The notes under the pieces were generated by a model. The model did not search any database. It was not told the DNA's origin and saw nothing but the letters and a program-made list of their open reading frames with translations. A stretch of 64,000 bases of DNA, from contig CM060734.1 of NCBI GenBank assembly GCA_030704615.1, positions 42,842,001-42,906,000 of the forward strand. The letters run 5' to 3'. Both the position numbers and the translations under genes were made by a program. This document shows, piece after piece, positions 1 to 13,740 of this stretch; position 1 is the stretch's first letter, and each line of letters starts with the position of its first letter. This DNA comes from Takakia lepidozioides (lineage: Eukaryota; Plantae; Bryophyta).

Positions 1-1798
1 TTGCCTCCCCATCGACGCGCTCACCCCTCAAGCCATTCCAGAATTTAATTGAATTTAAATTAATTTTAAGCCAATAAATAGGTATGCACTACCTTTCATT
101 GGGGAATTCTGGCACGTATCGATTTTGTTTTTGGCTCAATTTTGTTCTGCGGCTTCAAGCATCCCACTGCTACTCCCCCACCAAAATTTGGACCAATAAA
201 AAATGCCCCCAAAAAAGAGTGTTCTCTTCGCTCATTATTGCAGAACTCTCTATGAAGAGTGCATGAAGTAGAGCACAAATCAAATTTGGAGTGCAAAACA
301 GGGAAGAAACTATGATTTTGGGTCCAGATGAATTTTGATCGCTTCCAAATTTGGCACGCACATTACATATGGAGTCATTACACGCCCCATTAAAAAACGG
401 AATGAAAAAAAAAAAACACGAGCACGCGAAACGCAGTCCAACAGGTCCCAAAGTAATAGCAGATCCAACGAAATACATTCAACGGGTGAACGGATGGTTG
501 CCCATCCAAATCATTTTTGTTTGCTTCTAAAATTTGCCAGTACGTTCGAGACACCCTCTCACATGTCCCTGACTAATATCAGATCAATCGAAATTCATTC
601 AATGGCTCAACAGATGGTTGGCCATCGAAATGATTTTGGTTCGCTTTGAGACTTGGCCAGTTTGTTCAATTGTAAGAGGCCCCAAAGTACTATGAGATCA
701 ATCGAAACTCGTTCAATGGGCCAACAGATGGTTGCCCATCCAAATGATTTTCGTTCGCTTTAAGACTTGGCCAGTGTGTTCAATGTACCCTTTGATAAGT
801 TCCAGTGTAATATGAGATCAATCGAAATTCATTCAATGGGCCAATGAGGCGTTCAGTTGTCATCTGGTTTTTGTTCGTTGCTGCAATGTGTGCACAGCTA
901 TTGCACCCATTGAACGGATGTGGTTGAAGCCTCTCTTTTGCCCGCATGTGCTTCAACATGTGCGGAGACACAACAGACGAATAAATCATTTGCCTCCCCA
1001 TCGACGGCAAGCCATTCCAGAATGTAATTGAATTTAAATTATTTTTAAGCCAATAAATAAGTTTTGCATTGCCTTTCGTTGGGGGTTTCTGGCATGTATC
1101 GATTTTGTTTTTGGCTCAATTTTGTTCTGCGGCTTCAAGCATCCTACTGCTACTCCCCCGCCAAAATTTGGACCAATAAAAAATGCCCCAAAAAAAAAAA
1201 GTGTTCTTCTTCGCTCACTATTGCAGAACTATCTATGAAGAGTGCATGAAGTAGAGCACAAATGAAGTTTGGAGTGCAAAACAGGGAAGAAACTGTGGTT
1301 TTTGGGTCCAAATGAATTTTGATCGCTCCCAAATTTGGCACGCACGTTGTATATGGAGTCATTACATGCCCCATTAAGATAAATAAATAAACATGAGCAT
1401 GCGAAACGCAGTCCAACAAGTCCCAAAGTAATAGCAGATCCAACGGAATACATTCGATGGGTGAACGGATGGTTGCCCATCCAAATCATATTTGTTTGCT
1501 TCCAAACTTTGCCTGTACGTTCGAGACACCCTCTCACAGATCCTGGACTAATATCAGATCAATCGAAATTCATTCGATGGTTCAACGGATGGTTGGCCAT
1601 CGAAATGATTTTGGTTCGCTTTGAGACTTGGTCAGTATGTTCAATGTACCATGGAAGAGGCCCCAAAGTAATATGATCAATTGAAATTCGTTCAATGGGC
1701 CAACGGATGGTTGCCCATCCAATTTTCGTTCACTTTGAGACTTGGCCAGTGTGTTCAATGTACCCTCTGATAGGTCCCAGTGTAATATGAGATCAATC
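1..1798. repeat. Two direct copies of a ~990-bp repeat unit with internal ~115-125-bp subrepeats
   Basis: TTGCCTCCCC(C)ATCGACG...GCCATTCCAGAAT starts at 1 and again at ~989, and the copies are colinear throughout. Internal repeats AGATCAATCGAAATTCATTCAATGG...GATGGTTG(G/C)CCATC...GAGACTTGG. A third, degenerate partial copy lies at ~2820-3250 (shared GCAGAACTCTCTATGAAGAGTGCATGAAG). Confidence 0.9.
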
Positions 1799-1829
1799 GT
1801 TAACGATTAATCATGAATCATCCAATATG

Positions 1830-3560
1830 GGAACTGTTGGTTCACCCTTTGAACCATTTTATATTGACATCATACTTGTCTAGTAACTTTAAGAGGACAT
1901 GTACAAGACACTTGCAAAGTTTCAAATCAATCCAAAATCATTTGGCAGGGGAATGATTGGTTCACCCATAGGCAGTTTCAGGGGGCTGCACTAGCAATTG
2001 CCATTTCACAGGCTACAATTGCAATTTGAGGGGCTGGAATTGCCATTTCAGGGGGTAGAATTGTAATTCGAGGGGGTTGGAATTAAATTTTAGGGGCTTC
2101 AATTGCAGTTTGAGGGGTTGGAATTGACAATTTCAAGGGCTCAAATTACAATTTGAGGGGCGGCCGGAGTTGGTCATTTTAGGGACTGGCATTACCAATT
2201 TTGAGGGCTTGAATTGTATTTTGAATTGTAATTCAAGGGTTAGAATGGGCCATTGGGGGGCTAGAATTACCAAAGCAGTGACATCCAAAGCAATATAAAA
2301 TCATTTGATAGCGGAATGATTGGTTCACCATTTCAACCATTTTTTATTCACGTCATACTTGTCCGGTACTTGTAAGAGAGCATGTGGCTGACACTTGCAA
2401 AGCTTCAAAGCAATGTAAAATCATTTGATAGGGGAACAATTGGTTCACCATTTCAACCATATTTTACTGACCTCATACTTGTCCGGTACCTTTAAGATGG
2501 CATGTGAAAGACACTTGCAAAGCTTTAAAGCACTCAAAAATCATTTGATATGTTCATGATTGATTCACCCTTTCAACCATTTTAGATTGACTTGAAACTT
2601 ATGAAAGACCTGTAAGAGGGCATGTACAAGACACTTGCAAAGTTTCAAATCAATTTAAAATCATTTGGTAGGGGGACGATTGGTTCACCCTTTAAACCAT
2701 TTTAGATTGATATCATACTTCTCAAACACATGTAAGAGGGCATGTAGAAGACACTTGCAAAGTTTCGGAGTAATAAAATATCATTTCATTGGGGAAGTTT
2801 CCGTTCACCATTTCATCCAATTTTGAATTGAACTGGATTTTTACTAAATAAAATGATTTAGAGGGCATATGATTGTGGATTTGTGGGGCGCAATGATTTT
2901 GTTTTTGGCTTGATTTTGTTCTGTGAGTTGAACCCTCACACCACCACATCTTTGCCAAAAAATATACCAAGGAAAAATGTTTGAAAAAAAACGTTCATCC
3001 TTTGCTCTATGCTCACTATTGCAGAACTCTCTATGAAGAGTGCATGAAGTTGAAGATAACTTTACCTTGGAGTGCAAATGAGGGAATAAAATGTGTTTTG
3101 GATGCAGACGATGTCTGTTCATGGTGATATTTTGCATGCAGACTCTTCATATTGTTATCAAGCATATGGCTTCAGAATGGAATTAAAAACAATTCATGTG
3201 CAGGCGAAAGGTTGTTTCTCGTCTATACGACACGTACCTCCGTTATGAATTTGAATAACCCATTCAAATAACTTTGTTGAAATTCAACTTTGGTCCGTAT
3301 GTGCTTGAGTAGTACAAATCACATACACAAAGTTGCAAGCGAAGGAAAAAATCATTTCCCCCCCGAACGACTCGTTAAACCTTTCAACCAATTTTCAATC
3401 ATGAATCATTTAATAGGGGAACTATTGGTTCACCCTTAGAACCATTTTAGATTGACCTCATACTTGTCCGATAACTTAAAGAGGGCATGTAAAAGACACT
3501 CCCAAAGTTTCAAATAAATCTAAAATCATTTGGCAAGGGAACGATTGGTTCATCCATTGA
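1830..3560. repeat. ~120-bp satellite-like array, interrupted by a G-rich ~20-bp minisatellite (1975-2270)
   Basis: Unit GACACTTGCAAAGTTTCAAA.CAAT.TAAAATCATTTG.TAGGGG.A.GATTGGTTCACC.TT.AACCATTT recurs at ~120-bp spacing from 2290 to 2820, with further copies at ~1830-1970 and ~3420-3560. GGGG(C/T)TGGAATTG(C/T)(A/C)ATTT-like units at 1975-2270. Confidence 0.85.
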
Positions 3561-3714
3561 CCCGGTGTACACTGTCACTCTTCGTAGGTGTGGTGCTTGA
3601 TTATCCCATATGATGGACCCAGGTGCCATGGTCAAGTAACAAACCATTAAAACATTATGGTACGAGACAAATACAATTGAAAACAACATTTATTCAAACA
3701 TGATGTACAGTTAG

Positions 3715-5219
3715 AGGTCTACAAGTTTCTATCCATCCTCCAGCAATTTTTGGGCTCAGGCCAATTGAATAGCCCCGTCATGAAACGCTTCACAACATTT
3801 TCTAGTTTGTACTGCACCTCTATTGTGTTTACATACAAGTTTTCCAGAGCCGAAGCAAAACAAGTTCTAGTAGACATATCGTTGAACAGGCTTGCATCGA
3901 ACGTGTTACCCCCATTTATTGCCCGGGCTATCTTCCCAATTGTAAAGGTCTATGATGGCACGGTTAGCGGGGGCTTACGAGGTGTGTCATCTGACTGGTT
4001 GATGGCTACATTATCAACAATTACAATTTCAGGTGCAATCCATCATCTATGTGCGAGAGTCTTTATCATCTTGTCTCTGCTCTCGAAAATGTACAACGTG
4101 ATTTTTGGGTCATCCGTCGTGGAGGCCATCCCCCAATCGCATACCCGGATGTACACATCTTCAGACCCTTGTGGAAAATGCAACAAGATGTTGTCGGAGG
4201 ACATGTCATTGTGCAAGAGGTGGTGATTATGGACGTTGAGCATGATGTGTAAAAGCGCCCATGCCAATTGGGTACGATTCTGTCGGAATTGAACTAGTCG
4301 GTTGACCTCCTGCATTTCCTGCTCCATCCCCCGTCGTTCTATTAATTCCCTGTTATCCCGATCATTCCCCCATTTCCTCTCAATACTCAACCATGATCGT
4401 ATGGTCCCTTATTCCACCAATGTGTATAACCTTACATGGATGCAACGCAAAATACTTTATGATGCCGAAATGATGGAACTTTACAGCCAACGCCTCATTG
4501 TTATGTTGGACTTTGGCAAACTCAGCATTTGTTTCCCTGGGCGTTTTCCCTTCTAGCTCCCAGGATGGATGAATGAATTGATCCCCAATAATTCTAACTT
4601 TCCGAATTGTACCATACCCTCCCTGTTTGGGCGCGTCGAGTTGTTGTACCTATGCGTTTGTGGATATGTATCTCACGTTCAATGCCGCATCCGCGGGCGA
4701 GGACCCTACCTTCCATGGGAGTGGTTTCGTACGTCGTTTGGCGTAGGCCTTTGCCATGTCAGACCACCAATCCACAAGCACAAACAACTCCTCCTCCGAA
4801 GTTGGCATGCGACCTTCAGCTACATGTGTTATCGTAACAAACTTGTCCATGGTTTGCCTCAGATTTCATGTGGCATCATGGGCCCAGTCCTCCATCCATG
4901 TCGTGAACTGGAACTTTGCCCTATCCTCCTCCCATTCATCCCCGGCCAAAGCCTCCCTCATTCTCATCTCCATATTGTGCTGGAATCTAAGGAACCCCTC
5001 ATTCCCATGTCGGACATACAAAAGATTCAAACGCATTATGTCATTGTCATTCAAATAATCCAACACTACTTGCTTCACCACCTTCGCGGCCTCTGCGTTT
5101 TGATAGTCTTTTTTGTTGATTTGACTACCCCGTTCATGTGCATGTTTACGCTTCCTACATTTACGTCCACTTCCCGAGGAACCCCCTGACACTGCGTTCG
5201 AAGCAATGTTTCCGGACAT
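3715..5219 (-). pseudogene. Intronless protein-kinase-like pseudogene
   Basis: ORF fragments 4866-5219, 4650-4850 and 4043-4390 are colinear but broken by stops and frameshifts. Gly-rich loop KQGGYGTIRKV (~4590-4625), catalytic loop LLHNDMSSDNILL and CDWG (DFG equivalent). The 3' boundary is approximate. Confidence 0.75.
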
Positions 5220-5639
5220 AATGAAAGTACTCTACGGAATAGACGCGGCTTCATATCGAAAAACTAAACCCAAACTATTGATAACTTATATACTAGCGGA
5301 CCAATTTCCTCACCCTCTATTGGTATAACACCCAAAGCAAACTGTCTCCCGCAGTCCCAGGAAAAAAAAAAAAAAAAAAAAAAACTCCTCCCCCACACAA
5401 ATCCACTTTCTCCCCCCCTACGGCTCAGTCCTGGCCACCGAAGTTGAAACTCCAATAAGTCCCAAAACCGCACTCACAGAGAGGGAAAAAAATGGGTTGG
5501 TAATGGGGATAGGCCTTATATACTGCCTGGAGCAGCCTGCCTTGAGCGGCGCGCGACCATCTCTGCTGCCCACTCGTGCCTCGCCACGTGTCCAGGTAGC
5601 AGTCGCACCTATGGGTCGTCGCAGCTAATAACAAAACAA

Positions 5640-6035
5640 AAAAACTGCTGCGACCCCCCCTGCTGGTGGTCGAACGTTTTTAAAAACAAAACGAGAATGT
5701 GCGACCCCCCATGAGCGGTTGCACCTAATAACAAAAAAGAAAAAGTCTGCGACCACCACCGGCTGGTGGTCGCACCTATTTTTAAAAAATTGAAAATGTT
5801 GCGACCACCACCTGAGCTAGTGGTCGCACCCAATTTTTTTTTAAATAAAAATGTGCGAGCACCCTCTGCTTGTGGTCACACCTATTAAAAAAATGAAAAT
5901 GCTGCGATCACCACCTGCTGGTAGTCGCACCCATTTAAAAAATAAGAAAAAATGTGCGACCACCCCCTTCTGGTGGTCGCACCTATTTTTAAAAAAAGAA
6001 AATTGTCCAACCAACCGTTGCTGACGGTCGCATGA
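5640..6035. repeat. Array of ~8 GC-rich hairpins (TGCGACCACC-loop-GGTGGTCGCA) separated by A/T-rich linkers, period ~52 bp
   Basis: Units start at about 5646, 5698, 5747, 5798, 5853, 5902, 5954 and 6003. Each is an imperfect inverted repeat followed by CCTA(T)TTTTAAAAA-type linkers. Confidence 0.9.
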
Positions 6036-7770
6036 TTGACAATATAAATCATAGTATATGAATTTTATAGATAAATAATGAAGTCCACGTAATGAGGCCA
6101 CATCGGTTGCCACGTCGGTTCTCATAGTAAATAGTCAATAGTAAAGTTTAAAAATAAACATATTTATGTACAGTAACGTCCGTTTAGGATGTGACGTGAC
6201 GCACGTCCGTCGCTTACGTCGGACGTGACGCTGACGCGTCAACGCCACATCACGTCCAAATTTGCAACTAGGATACAAACTCAGCCAAAACCATTGTTTT
6301 TCTCTGATTTTTGAAATCTGGCGTAAACTCATTCAATGGCGTAAACTCAGCCAAAACCATTGCTCGGAATACCTCTGAAGTTGCAATCTGCTCAGGATGC
6401 TCGTTCCAATGCAAATGTTGTTTTGTATAGCCAATCCGCTGCAAAACCTTTGAAAAATGTTGATCGAGAACGGATCATCTTATCTTCCGTCGTACTTTTC
6501 TTTGCAAGCGCATATTGCTTGACTGAAAATAGCGAAAGCTCCGCTGTTTTAACACCTTTTCTTCTAAAGAATTCATAACGTGGATGAGGCTTGAATACAC
6601 TTTTTCTATTTTGCTCATCATTGGTAAATAATGGATTGCTCTTCATGGTTATTTTAGTTAATGCTTGTAACACTCGAATTTGGTTTTTTAACTCCTTCAT
6701 CTCCATTTGCATGGCTTCAATTTCATTGTAGTCATCCATACTACTAATAATCGTTAGAATTGTAGAAGTTTTTTTTTTGTTTTTTTTGTTTTTTTGTTTT
6801 TTTTTTCTATTAATTTTGTAGTATGAGATGATTCCCATTTTGAGTGTACTAGAACTTCTTTCAATTATGGATGGGAAGCACGAGGTGCGTCCTTGCTTCA
6901 ACCTCGGCTATTCTTAGTTGAGCCAATTCTTTAAAAGTATAAGATTGCTTTCGATCATTGTCTTTCCATGGTTTCTATGGTATCAGATTGAGAGTATTCT
7001 TGTTTAATATTCGTAACCGAGTTGCTATCTGACATTCTCTTTCAATCAACTCGTAAGTTGCTACTGATAAATCATACTTTTAGCTTTAGGTCTCAGGATC
7101 TTCTTATTTTGCTCTTATACCAACTCTAATGAAACTGCTCATATAATTCTATTAATCCTAGAGACTTCACTTTCAAGTATTGAATACCTTTATTAAGAAG
7201 AAGACATGTTCATAAGTTGTCAAGTCTTTGTCTATGTATATACTTTATTTTCCTCTTACTTTGACACTCCTAGTCTAGAGCTCATCTTCTAGATCAATTG
7301 TATCTATTTGGCTCCTACTCTTCAACACTGCTTAGCCCTAGCTAGCTTTTACGACATAATCGATCTCCGTGTCGCCTCGTGACCATCAAGCTCTCTTGAG
7401 TCTCTTTCCACTTCAATTCACATCTGAACCCAATAGTCCCCACTCCTTATTAATGACATCTACAGTTATGTGTCTTTACATATCTAATAAGGGATAAACA
7501 CATTCATTATCGTGATATTTTTCATAGAAATCAGACCTTTTCAAATCCATTTAAATCCATTAAGTTACATATCATTTTCTATTGTTTACAATAAGATTAA
7601 GATTACAAAATTGTATTTATTATATTTTATAATCTAGCATATTTATCATATATTTTAAATAACATCATTGATATTTTTATATTTAAATGTCAATATATAA
7701 ATATAAGTTTTAATCCTCGATTTAATTTGATTAAAAGGGCCTCCGTCCACTTTCCGTTATATATATTCTA

Positions 7771-10700
7771 GGGTAGCCTGTGCTGTTGGCCCAAGTGTCC
7801 AATGTCATCTAAGTCCAAGTGTAATCCTCCCTGCATCCAAGTGCATCTCCTGTGTCGAGGCCTAAATGCGACCTCTAGGGTAGCATGTGCCGTGGGCCCA
7901 AGTGTCAAATCATCTAAGTCCAAGTGTAAGATCTTCTATGTATCCCAGTGCGTCTCCTATGTCAAGGCCCAAGTGCAACCTCTATGATAGCATGTACCTT
8001 TGGCCCATGTGTGAGGAATTGAATCTAAGACCAAGTGCAATTTGTTATGTATCCAATGCGTCTCCTATGTTGAGGCCCAAATGCGACCTCTAGTGTAGCC
8101 TATGCTGTTGGCCCATGTGCGAGAATTAAAATCTAAGTCCAAGTGCAATCTCCTATGTATCCAAGTGCGTCTCCTATGTCGAGGCCCAAATGCGACCTCT
8201 AGGGTTGCTTGTGCCGTTGGCCCAAGTGTCCAGTGTCATCTAAGTCCAAGTGCATCAATATATGAAGCAAGCCATATATCTAATCAATATTTTTCCACAG
8301 AGCCTACGACCATATTTGAACTGGAGACCTTTCCCTTGATATCTCCCATTTTGTTATTTTTTGCGAATTTCCAGCGATCAAAAGTACTTGAAATTCCAAA
8401 TCTCCCACGTGAAGGGCCAATCATTGCTCCATGAAACCCCACTTTGCTATTTTTTGTGAATTTCCAGCGACCCAAAGCACTTGAAATTCCACATCTCCCA
8501 CACCGTTGGTCCAAAAATCATGAGACCAAGCCGGTGCACCCCTCCTGATTGAGGGCTTTCCAACGGCACCAAGCACCGGGGCTGGGGCCCGCGGTTTGGG
8601 AGATCTCAACGACGCTACAAACAAACCAAAACACAAAACAAACGTCTCGCTTCATATATATATAAGTTGAATATAATGAGAATAAATTATTGTTATTGGA
8701 ATCTATAAACTCTAAAACCCCTTCACTATACCATTAATTATTGAAATTAGTTTAAAAAAAAACCAATTTTTCTTTCTATTTCCCAACAATAGTATTATGA
8801 GATTTTAATGTAGACATATGCCGTTCAACACATATTAAAAGTATACATGTATTTCAACTATAAAAGAGGTCTTAAACAATATTGTAAACTCCAATATTCC
8901 AGAAAAACCCAGTTTGCTATTTTTCATTAATCCTCAGTGACGAAAAATACTTGTAATTCACTATCTCCCACACCCCATGTCAAAAATTACGAAACTGCCT
9001 CAATGCACCCGTACTCGTCAGAGGGCTTTCTATTGATATCAAGACCCGGGCGGAGGCCTTGCGATTTGGAAGATCTCAATGAAGCTACAAAGAAAACAAA
9101 TGGCTCATCGTGTAATGGCTCCTCCTTATTGATGAGATATGTTGGTAGCAAAGAATATAAGTAGGTAGTTTAAAAATAATAAATAGACTATAAAAATGCT
9201 TTTAATTAATACCAAATAAATAATATCGGTGAGGCACATTTGTCCAAACGTGATCTAATTGAGAGCCAAAAATCATAGTACTTATAATTTTGAGTTGTAG
9301 TTGCATATGCGAAAAAAGTCATGAACACTTACAATTGTTTTGTTGATACAATTTTTTTGTAAAATATCATAATAATATTACTCGATAAGAATAAGGATAA
9401 ATCTTGTTTCTTTTTGTATTTTCTTGATTTTAAAACCACTGAGAAAAGAAGCATTGGAACTCAATTAAAAAGAGGTGGATTACAAAAGCAAAATATAATG
9501 TCAGTAATTATCTAAAATAGATTAGGTGAAAACCAGCATTTCCTACGACGGGCTCAAAATTCAAACAAATTATCACCTTATAGACGATGTATAAAAAACA
9601 AACCTTGTCCCATATGAAAGATGTAAAACTGTGCTCAATTATGGCCTCCAGAGTAATTGTTTGACACATCAAACAAGCTTGAGGAGTGACAAAAACAATG
9701 TTCGTTAGTACTAACCTATTGCAATATACAATTACTACAAAAAACTGACTGATTTGGAGTCCTACGATGATAATTTTGGCCTCTTAATTTTAGTGGATAA
9801 AACCAAAAAAAAAATGTAACTTGATGGATATTCTAAAGATGAACTAACAAAACAAACTACCATACATACTGTATTGATGTGTTTCAACTATAACAGAGGT
9901 ATTAAACAACATTGTAAACACCACTATTCCAGAAAATCCAATTTTTTTCATGAATTATAGTAATAAAAAATACTGCAAATTCAACTCTCCTGTAGGTCCA
10001 AAAAATATAAAACTGCTTGGATGCACCCGTACTCATCGGGCCAATGGATGAACCGTATAAACTTATCCCTACCGACGACATGAACCCTCTCACAAGGTCT
10101 TGACAGATTCCACCGTTCTAATTGGGAGATTATAACAAAAGCAATGATAGAATTTGGAACCCAAACGAAAATTGCATCACAAATTTCGTTTGACTAAGGA
10201 AATTTTGCAAGTTGCAATTTTTTCTTGGATGAATAGCCTCCACATTCACAATTAGGGGCACATAGGAGGGATTCCCTCATAATTTCAGAGTGAAAGATCG
10301 AAATTTGGGTGGGGCTGCTTTGAATATGAATTTAGGGGGTAATTATCCAAATTTGCTATACTAAGGTCAACAGCTGTGAGTCTATGCTTTGCAAACATCT
10401 ACTACATTTAGAGCAAAATTCATAATCTGAGTTTCTTGACCATTGGCAAGTTAAGCACGTGGCAAGCGGCTTGCCATCTCGGGTGGTCAACTTGCGGGGA
10501 CACCCCATGCGCCACCGAAATGGACCTCCCAACGCTTCAAAAATTCTAGCGTGCAAGGGTTTTATTGTTTTTACGTGCTGTTGGAGCTTGTTCAGGAGAA
10601 CGAGGCCCACCTTTTTCATTCAGATGTCACCTTCAGCCAAGTTCATCCACAAAAGATACGACGTGGATGAAAATTGACACGACTCGCAACTTGTCGTTTA

Positions 10701-13700
10701 GGGGTTAAATACCGTATTATGAACTCTCAGAAGGTTTCTGGTTCCTGATTATATGCTTAATTTATGTCGGTTATTGTGAAATTCATTTGTATTGGACTCC
10801 CCTTCCTTTTGGGCAGCATAATTTCTGACCATTATATCCCAATAAGCAATTTAGAAGCCCTATGGATAGCCTATGTGGTAGGCTTTCTATAGACCCCTCA
10901 ATCTCACATATGAATATATGTATCAAGACATTTGTTTTGTTTTGTTTTGTTTTGTAGCGTCGTAGAGATCTCCCAAACCGTGGCCCCAACCCCGGTGCTT
11001 GGTGATATTGGAAAGCCCTCGATGAGGGGGGGGGGTTGCACGAGCTTGGTCTCATGATTTTTGGACTAGCGATGTAGGAGGTATGGAATTTCAAGTGCTT
11101 TGGGTCGTTGGAAATTCAAATAGATGACTACAAAGTCATCTAAAAATTCTCGAAAGATGTCATTCATCATATGTTGGAAAATTGCTGGAGCATTTGTAAA
11201 ACCGAAAGGCATAACACTGTATTCAGAATGTCCATACCTTGTTCGAAAAGTTGTTTTTCAATCGTCTCCTTCTTTTATCCATACAACACACGGCAGCACA
11301 TTTGCTGACGTGGCTTTCACAAAAAGAGGTAAACAAAATGTGGCCTTGGGGGAATAGATATTTTAATACATGTTGCCTCCACCTGGCCTGTCTGGCAAGG
11401 ATGCAAGTGCTGCGTCGGACATGCCGCTGGAAATTCATGAAAAATAGCAAAGTGGATATATCAATATATGAAGCCTCGACAAGGGAGATTGCAAAAATAG
11501 CAAAGTGGGCTTTGGAATTGCACTTGGACTTAGATGACATTGGACACTGGAGGTCGCACTTGGGCTTCTACATGGGAGAAGCACTTGGATACATAAGAGA
11601 TTACACTTGGGCTTATATTTCAATTTTTCACACCCGGGCCTCGACATATGAGACGTACTTGGATACATAGGGATTGCACTGGGACTTGATGGTACTGGAC
11701 ATTTGGGTCAACGGCACAGGCTACCGTAGTCAATATATGAAGCGAGACGTTGTTTGTTTGTTTATTTTGTTTTGTTTTGTTTTGTAGCGTCGTTGAGATC
11801 TCCCAAACCACGGGCCAGCGTGGGTATTTGGTGCCGTTGGAAAGCCCTCGATGAGAAGGGGTGCACCGGCTTGGTCTCATGATTGTTGGACAAGCGGTGA
11901 GGGAGATGTGGAATTCCAAGTACTTTTGGTCCCTGGAAATTCACCAAAAAAATGGGCATTCTTGGACAATAGTTGGAGCCTCGAGGGGAGAGATATCAAG
12001 GGAGAGAAAAACTGGCTGTAGTCTCTATAGAAAAATAACGATTAGACTTAGATGACTTAGATGACATTGGACACTGGACAGTTGCAATTGGGTGGATCAA
12101 AACCGATACATGTTAAGTCCACATGGAAAAAATAAAAAAATAAAAAATAAAATCCTATTGCTTTCAGTTTATTTTAAAAATAAAAATAATACTATACATA
12201 ATATTTCTAGTAAAGTGTCCCTCCTCAAATATTGAAAACATTCTGTACTAGATATTTTAATCTTTAATTTGAAAAAAAAAATTAGACTTCAAAATCTAGA
12301 ATTTACAACCACTTGTCCATATACCACCTGACACCTCTAGATTATAGGTTTGTATGCATTTTTATTAAAAGACGACACCTCAAAAACCCAAAACATAAGA
12401 TGTTATGGACTAGAGCAAGTCAACCTATTTTAGGTGCAAAATAGTCTATAGCTCTCAATTCCTAAGATAACTAGTCCATATAAAAGTGGATTTGGGTTGG
12501 ATTTAAAAATGGCACCCCCTAGTGTGTTTTCCCTTGTGCCATTGTGTGAGTGTACATGATGTTTTTTCAGTCCATAACATTTTATGTGTAACATCTGCAC
12601 TCCACAATAATCAACTTTAAAAGTCAATGGCTCTCTGGTACATGATTGATTTTGCAATGTAACAATTGGTACACATACCTATTGTAGTGAAAAACCCTAC
12701 ATCATATAAATTTAGATGAAATATTGAGTTGTTGGACAAATATGGGTAAAACCATGGAGGGAGGTCACTGCAGAAACTGCCATGTTACGCAAAAAGCGAG
12801 ATACCCAATCCTTCAAATAACCCACTTGGGCCAACGGTAGAGGCTACCCTAGAGGTCGGATTTGGGCCTCAACATAGGAGACGCACTTGGGATACATAGG
12901 AGATTGCACTTGGACTTAGATTTTAATTCTTCACCCAAACCGCGAGGCCCCAGCCCTGGTGCTTGGTACGATTGGAAAACCCTCGATGAGGAGGGGTGCA
13001 CGGGCTTGGTCTCAAGATTTTTGGACCTGCGGTGTGGGAGATGTGGAATTTCAAGTACTTTGGGTCGCTGGAAATTCCAAAAATAACAAAGTGGAATTCC
13101 TGGGACAATGGTTGGAGCCTTGACATGAGAGATATCAAGGGAAAGGTCTCCGGTTCAAATTTGGTCGTAGGTTTTGTGGAAAAAAAATGATTAGATATGG
13201 CTTGCTTAATATATTGATGCACTTGGACTTAGATGACATTGGACACTTAGGCCAACGGCAGAGGCTACCCAAGCTAGTCAATATATGAAGGAAGCTAGTT
13301 TGTTTGACCGGCGGTGTGGCCCGAGATATGGAATTTCAAGCACTTTTGGTCGTTGGAAATTCGCGAAAATAGCAAAGTGGGCATTCCTGGGACATTAATT
13401 GGAGCCTCACTATAAGAGATATCAAGGGAAAGATCTCCGGTTCAAATCTGGTGGCGGCTCTGTGGAAAAAAAACGAGATATGACTAAATGATTTGACATA
13501 GATGACATAGGACACTTGGGCACCAACGGCACATGCTACCCTATAGGTCGCACTTGGGGCTCCACATAGGAGATGCACTAGGACACATAGGAGATCTTGC
13601 ATTTGGGCTTAGATGACCACTAGACATCGGCACAAATTATCCTAGAGATCGTAGTTGGGCCTCGACATAGGAGACACACTTCATATATAGGGGATTGCAC

Positions 13701-13740
13701 TTGGACTTAGATGACACTGGACACTTGGGCCAGGCTACCC
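7771..13740. mobile_element. Non-autonomous TIR (foldback-like) DNA element with modular subterminal repeats
   Basis: Left end GGGTAGCCTG...GGCCCAAGTGTCCAATGTCATCTAAGTCCAAGTG (7771) is the inverted complement of the right end CACTTGGACTTAGATGACACTGGACACTTGGGCCAGGCTACCC (13740). TA flanks both sides (7769-7770, 13741-13742). ~100-bp tandem units and a ~250-bp module occur on + in the left half and on - in the right half. No transposase ORF. Confidence 0.8.

Noticed and set aside
84-3137. Numerous short ORFs in the repeat arrays
   Set aside because: They are duplicated along with the repeats, have no domain motifs and occur on both strands; chance ORFs.
5640-6035. CRISPR-like repeat/spacer appearance
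   Set aside because: The repeats are degenerate, the linkers are similar low-complexity A/T tracts rather than unique spacers, there are no cas genes, and the context is eukaryotic.
6392-6901. 169-aa minus-strand ORF
   Set aside because: It includes a translated A-rich tract and has no recognisable domain; cannot be supported as a gene.
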